From IMG/VR virus record IMGVR_UViG_2917881069_000004: a stretch of DNA of 31,007 bases; one strand, 5' to 3'. How positions within the stretch are numbered: the first letter of the stretch is position 1; each line of letters opens with the position of its first letter. The stretch is from a virus. Lineage: Duplodnaviria > Heunggongvirae > Uroviricota > Caudoviricetes. The notes beneath the pieces were generated by a model, which was not told the origin of the DNA, ran no database searches, and saw only the letters and a list, made by a program, of their open reading frames with translations. Positions 26,350-31,007 of this stretch are shown one piece after another. Made by a program: the position numbers and the translations under genes.

Positions 26350-29300
26350 ATGAGTGACAATAACCTGCGTCTGCAGGTGATTCTGAATGCGGTTGACAAG
26401 CTCACCCGCCCATTTCGATCCGCGCAGGCCAGTTCAAGAGAACTGGCTGCTGCTGTCAAAAAATCCCGCGATGCAATAAAGCAGCTTGATCAGGCCGGGA
26501 GCAGTCTGGACAGCTTCCGAAAGCTGCAGGCAGAAAATCAGAAATTAGGCGACAGGCTGAACTATGCCCGCCAGCGTGCAAATTTACTCAGTCATGAACT
26601 GGGATCAATGGGGCCGCCTTCGCAACGTCAGGTTGTTGCTCTGGGCCGTCAACGGCTGGCTGTTCAGCGCCTGGAAGAACGCCAGAAAAAGCTGCAGCAG
26701 CAGACGGCGCTTGTGCGTGCAGAACTTTATCGTGCTGGTATTTCAGCTAATGATGGCGCCAGTGCGACGGCCCGCATTACCCGTGAAACGATGCGTTATA
26801 ACAGGCAGCTTTCTGAGCAGGAAGCGAGGTTACGACGTGTCGGGGAGCAACAGCGAAAAATGCACGCCGCCCGGGGGGCTTACGCCAGGCGTCTTGAAGT
26901 AAGGGATCGGATTGCCGGGGCCGGAGCCACCACCACGGCTGCAGGGCTGGCAATGGGCGCACCAGTGATGGCGGCAGTAAAAAGCTATACCAGCATGGAA
27001 GATGCCATGAAAGGTGTGGCAAAGCAGGTCAATGGTCTGCGTGACGATAATGGCAACCGCACTGCGCGTTTTTACGAAATGCAGGATGCCATCAAGGCTG
27101 CCAGCGAACAGTTGCCGATGGAAAACGGTGCTGTGGACTTCGCCGCACTGGTTGAAGGTGGTGCGCGCATGAACGTCGCAAACCCTGACGACAGTTGGGA
27201 AGACCAGAAACGTGACCTGCTGGCCTTCGCCAGCACGGCGGCAAAGGCGGCAACAGCCTTTGAGCTGCCAGCGGATGAACTGTCAGAAAGTCTGGGGAAA
27301 ATCGCCCAGCTCTACAAAATCCCTACACGCAATATTGAACAGCTCGGTGACGCGCTGAACTATCTGGATGATAACGCCATGTCGAAAGGGGCAGACATCA
27401 TTGATGTCATGCAACGCCTGGGCGGTGTGGCTGACCGTCTGGATTATCGTAAAGCGGCGGCGCTGGGTTCAACCTTCCTGACACTGGGCGCTGCGCCGGA
27501 GGTTGCAGCCAGTGCAGCAAACGCGATGGTGCGTGAATTGTCCATTGCCACCATGCAGAGCAAGAGTTTCTTTGAAGGAATGAATCTGCTGAAACTCAAT
27601 CCTGAAGTGATTGAAAAGCAGATGACGAAGGATGCGATGGGAACCATCCAGCGCGTACTGGAGAAGGTGAATGCGCTTCCGCAGGATAAGCGCCTGTCTG
27701 CCATGACCATGTTGTTTGGTAAAGAGTTTGGCGATGACGCGGCGAAACTGGCAAACAACCTGCCGGAACTGCAGCGCCAGCTAAAACTGACAGCGGGCAA
27801 TGATGCGCTCGGCTCCATGCAGAAAGAATCCGACATTAACAAGGATTCACTTTCTGCGCAGTGGTTGCTGGTCAAAACCGGAGCGCAGAACACCTTCAGC
27901 AGCCTGGGCGAAACGCTGCGCCAGCCGCTGATGGATATTCTGTACACGGTGAAAAGCGTCACGGGGGCGTCGCGTCGCTGGGTGGAAGCTAACCCGGAAC
28001 TGACGGGCACACTGATGAAAGTAGCCGCTGTTGTGGCTGCGGTTACCGTGGGCCTCGGCACCCTGGCTGTGGTGTTGGCTGCAGTGCTGGGGCCGCTGGC
28101 AGTCATCCGTCTGGGATTCTCTGTGCTGGGTATCAAGACGTTACCTTCGGTGACGGATGCAGTAACACGAACCAGCAGCGCGTTATCCAGGCTGGCAGGC
28201 GCGCCACTGGCAGTACTGCGACGCGGGTTTGCTTCATCGGGGAGCAGTGCGGGTTTGCTTACTGCGCCGCTGTTGTCTTTGCGCCGCACGGCATCACTGA
28301 CGGGAAATGCCCTGAAAACTGTGGCAGCTGCGCCTGTTGCACTGTTGCGGTCCGGTTTATCCGGTTTACGTGCTGTTGCCTTGATGTTTATGAATCCACT
28401 GGCGGCACTGCGCGGTGGACTGACTGCCGCAGGTGCAGTGTTGCGAGTGCTGGCATCCGGTCCGCTGGTGATGCTGCGCGTTGCCCTGTATGCCATATCT
28501 GGTCTGTTAGGTGCTCTGCTCAGTCCGATAGGTCTTGTGGTTACTGCACTGGCGGGCGTGGCGCTGGTTGTCTGGAAATACTGGCAACCCATCACCGCAT
28601 TTCTCGGTGGCGTGGTGGAAGGATTCAAAGCGGCGGCAGGTCCCATCAGTGCCGCATTCGAACCACTTAAGCCCGTGTTTCAGTGGATTGGTGACAAAGT
28701 GCAGGCTCTGTGGGGCTGGTTTACTGATCTGCTGACGCCCGTTAAGTCGACCTCTGCCGAACTGCAGAGCGCAGCGGCAATGGGGCGACGATTCGGGGAG
28801 GCGACTGGCAGAAGGGCTGAATATGGTCATGCATCCGCTGGACTCCCTGAAATCCGGCGTTTCCTGGTTGCTGGAGAAACTCGGCATTATCAGTAAAGAG
28901 GCTGCAAAGGCGAAACTGCCGGAAAGCGTGACGCGTCAGCAACCCGCAACAGTGAATGCAGACGGCAAAGTGATGATGCCATCAGGTGGTTTTCCGTCAT
29001 GGGGATATGGCTTTGCGGGGATGTATGACAGCGGCGGGTATATCCCGCGCGGGCAGTTTGGCATCGTCGGTGAAAACGGGCCGGAAATTGTTAACGGCCC
29101 GGCAAATGTGACCAGCCGGAGAAATACAGCTGCACTGGCTGCCGTTGTTGCCGGAATGATGGGCGTTGCTGCCGCGCCAGCAGAGCTTCCACCGTTGCAT
29201 CCTTTGGCGCTTCCCGCGAAAGGCGGCAAAGCGATGGTGAGTCGCGCAGCTACTGTGCCGCCCGTTCACCGGATTGAGGCACCGACGCAGATCATCATCC

Positions 29301-29428
29301 AGACGCAGCCAGGACAAAGTGCGCAGGATATTGCGCGGGAGGTGGCCCGCCAGCTTGATGAACGTGAACGCAGGCTGAAGGCAAAAGCCAGGAGTAACTA
29401 CAGCGATCAGGGGGGATACGACGCATGA
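26350..29428 (+). CDS. T: Tail tape measure protein (P2 gpT-like); apparent 1-nt frame shift near 28790-28825
   Basis: Track ORFs 26350..28896 and 28823..29428 overlap in different frames. The second carries a typical tape-measure C-terminal region (GGYIPRGQFGIVGENGPEIVNGPANVTS). Coiled Ala/Leu/Gln-rich body. Confidence 0.8.
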
Positions 29429-29909
29429 TGATGGTGCTGGGATTGTATGTGTTTATGCTGCGCACCGTACCGTATCAGGAACTGCAGTATCAACGCAGCT
29501 GGCGACATGCGGCTAACAGTCGGGTAAACCGTCGTCCGTCCACGCAGTTTCTGGGACCGGACAACGACATGCTGACGCTTTCTGGTGTTCTTATGCCGGA
29601 GATAACAGGCGGCAGGCTGTCGTTGCTGGCACTGGAGCAGATGGCAGAACAGGGGAAAGCATGGCCCCTGATTGAAGGCAGCGGCACGATTTATGGCATG
29701 TATGTGATTGAGGGACTGAATCAGACTAAAACGGAGTTTTCCGCGACGGTATGCCGCGCCGGATTGAGTTCACCCTGTCGCTCAAACGGGTGGATGAATC
29801 TCTGTCCGATATGTTCGGTGATCTCAGTGCGCAACTGAATAATCTGCAGGAAACGGCAACATCTGCTTTAAGCGATATCAGTAAAACGGTGGGAGGGCTG
29901 CTGTCGTGA
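29425..29909 (+). CDS. U: Tail protein (P2 gpU-like); apparent 1-nt frame shift near 29745-29755
   Basis: Track ORF 29425..29838 (137 aa). Adding one T to a T4 run gives ..TEFFRDGMPRRIEFTLSLKRVDESLSDMFGDLSAQLNNLQETATSALSDISKTVGGLLS, ending at the stop at 29907-29909; total about 161 aa (P2 U is 159 aa). Confidence 0.75.
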
Positions 29910-31007
29910 ATTTCAGCTCTGAACTGCTTAACAAAGGCAACAAAACTCCCGCATTCAGCATCAGTATTGAGGGCAGGGAGTATCACTACTGTCCTGGATA
30001 AGCGCCTGATGAGTCTGACGCTGACGGACAACCGGGGCTTTGAAGCAGACCAGCTTGATCTGGAGCTGGACGACGCCGACGGAAAAATCGTGCTGCCGCG
30101 CCGTGGTGCGGTCATTACGCTGGCGCTGGGCTGGAAGGGGCAGCCGCTTTTCCCGAAAGGGGCATTCACGGTGGACGAGATTGAACACACTGGCGCACCG
30201 GACCGCCTGACTATCCGGGCGCGAAGTGCTGATTTTAGGGAAACGCTGAATACCCGCCGCGAAAAATCGTGGCACAAGACCACTGTCGGGGAAGTGGTGA
30301 AGGAAATAGCCGCACGTCACAAGCTGAAGATGGCACTGGGTAAAGACCTGTCGGATAAGCCCGTGGAGCATATAGACCAGACTAATGAGAGTGACGGTAG
30401 TTTTCTGATGCGGCTGGCGCGCCAGTACGGTGCTATTGCGTCGGTGAAAAATGGCAATCTGTTATTCATCCGGCAGGGACAGGGTAAAAGTGCCAGCGGT
30501 AAACCACTGTCGGTGATCACTATCACACGTAAGGACGGCGACAGTCACCGCTTTACCCTGGCAGATCGCGGAGCTTACACGGGCGTAATTGCCAGCTGGT
30601 TGCATACCCGCGAACCCACGAAGAAAGAAAGCACTACAGTGAAGCGTAAGCGCAGGACTAAGGCCCAGAAGAAAGAGCCGGAAGCGAAGCAGGGCGATTA
30701 CCTGGTGGGGACGGATGAAAACGTGCTGGTACTTAATCGCACTTATGCCAACCGGAGCAACGCCGAACGAGCGGCGAAAATGCAGTGGGAACGCCTGCAA
30801 CGCGGTGTTGCGTCATTCTCACTACAACTGGCAGAAGGGCGGGCGGATCTCTACACGGAAATGCCAGTGAAAGTCAGTGGCTTTAAACAGCCGATAGATG
30901 ATGCGGAATGGACCATTACGACTCTGACGCATACCGTCAGCCCGGATAACGGTTTTACGACCGGTATTGAACTTGAAGTGAAAATTGATGATCTTGAAAT
31001 GGAATAA
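29906..31007 (+). CDS. D: Tail/late protein D (P2 gpD-like); apparent 1-nt frame shift near 29975-29985
   Basis: Short N-terminal frame from the GTG at 29906 (..NKTPAFSISIEGR..) joins the 346-aa track ORF 29967..31007 (..ITTVLDKRLMSLTLTDNRGFEADQLDLELDD..) if a ggg run is gg. The stop is the last codon of the window. Confidence 0.75.

Noticed and set aside
27444-28646. 400-aa minus-strand ORF
   Set aside because: Antisense to the tape measure gene T; Ala/Ser/Arg-rich low-complexity translation typical of shadow frames.

Overview
This window is almost entirely a P2/186-like temperate myovirus prophage. All family and gene calls come from reading the translations, synteny and recalled family knowledge; nothing was searched or computed beyond hand translation. 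The prophage is read left to right as follows. (1) A 45-nt copy of the 3' end of ssrA (tmRNA) on the minus strand at 295-339 marks the integration core, with chromosomal flank to its left. (2) An AT-rich cargo ORF sits between the att core and a tyrosine integrase. (3) A 186-type lysogeny module follows: cI and int as a leftward operon, apl and cII rightward. (4) Early genes include a TraR/DksA-type zinc finger, an orphan Dam-type methyltransferase and the rolling-circle initiator A. (5) A 2.3-kb variable island lies between A and cos, where P2 carries tin/old; here it holds a small ORF behind a LexA box and two lipoprotein genes. (6) cos is followed by the complete late region Q P / O N M L X Y K lysA lysB-lysC R S V W J I H G FI FII E-E' T U D, with D ending exactly at the window end. 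No rRNA, complete tRNA or CRISPR array was seen. At least 11 conserved genes are split by single-nucleotide frame shifts, mostly at short homopolymers; I read these as probable assembly indel errors rather than gene decay, but cannot prove it from sequence alone. The loci most worth a second look are the att-int cargo gene, the A-Q island, and an inverted tail-fibre-assembly gene remnant between G and FI.
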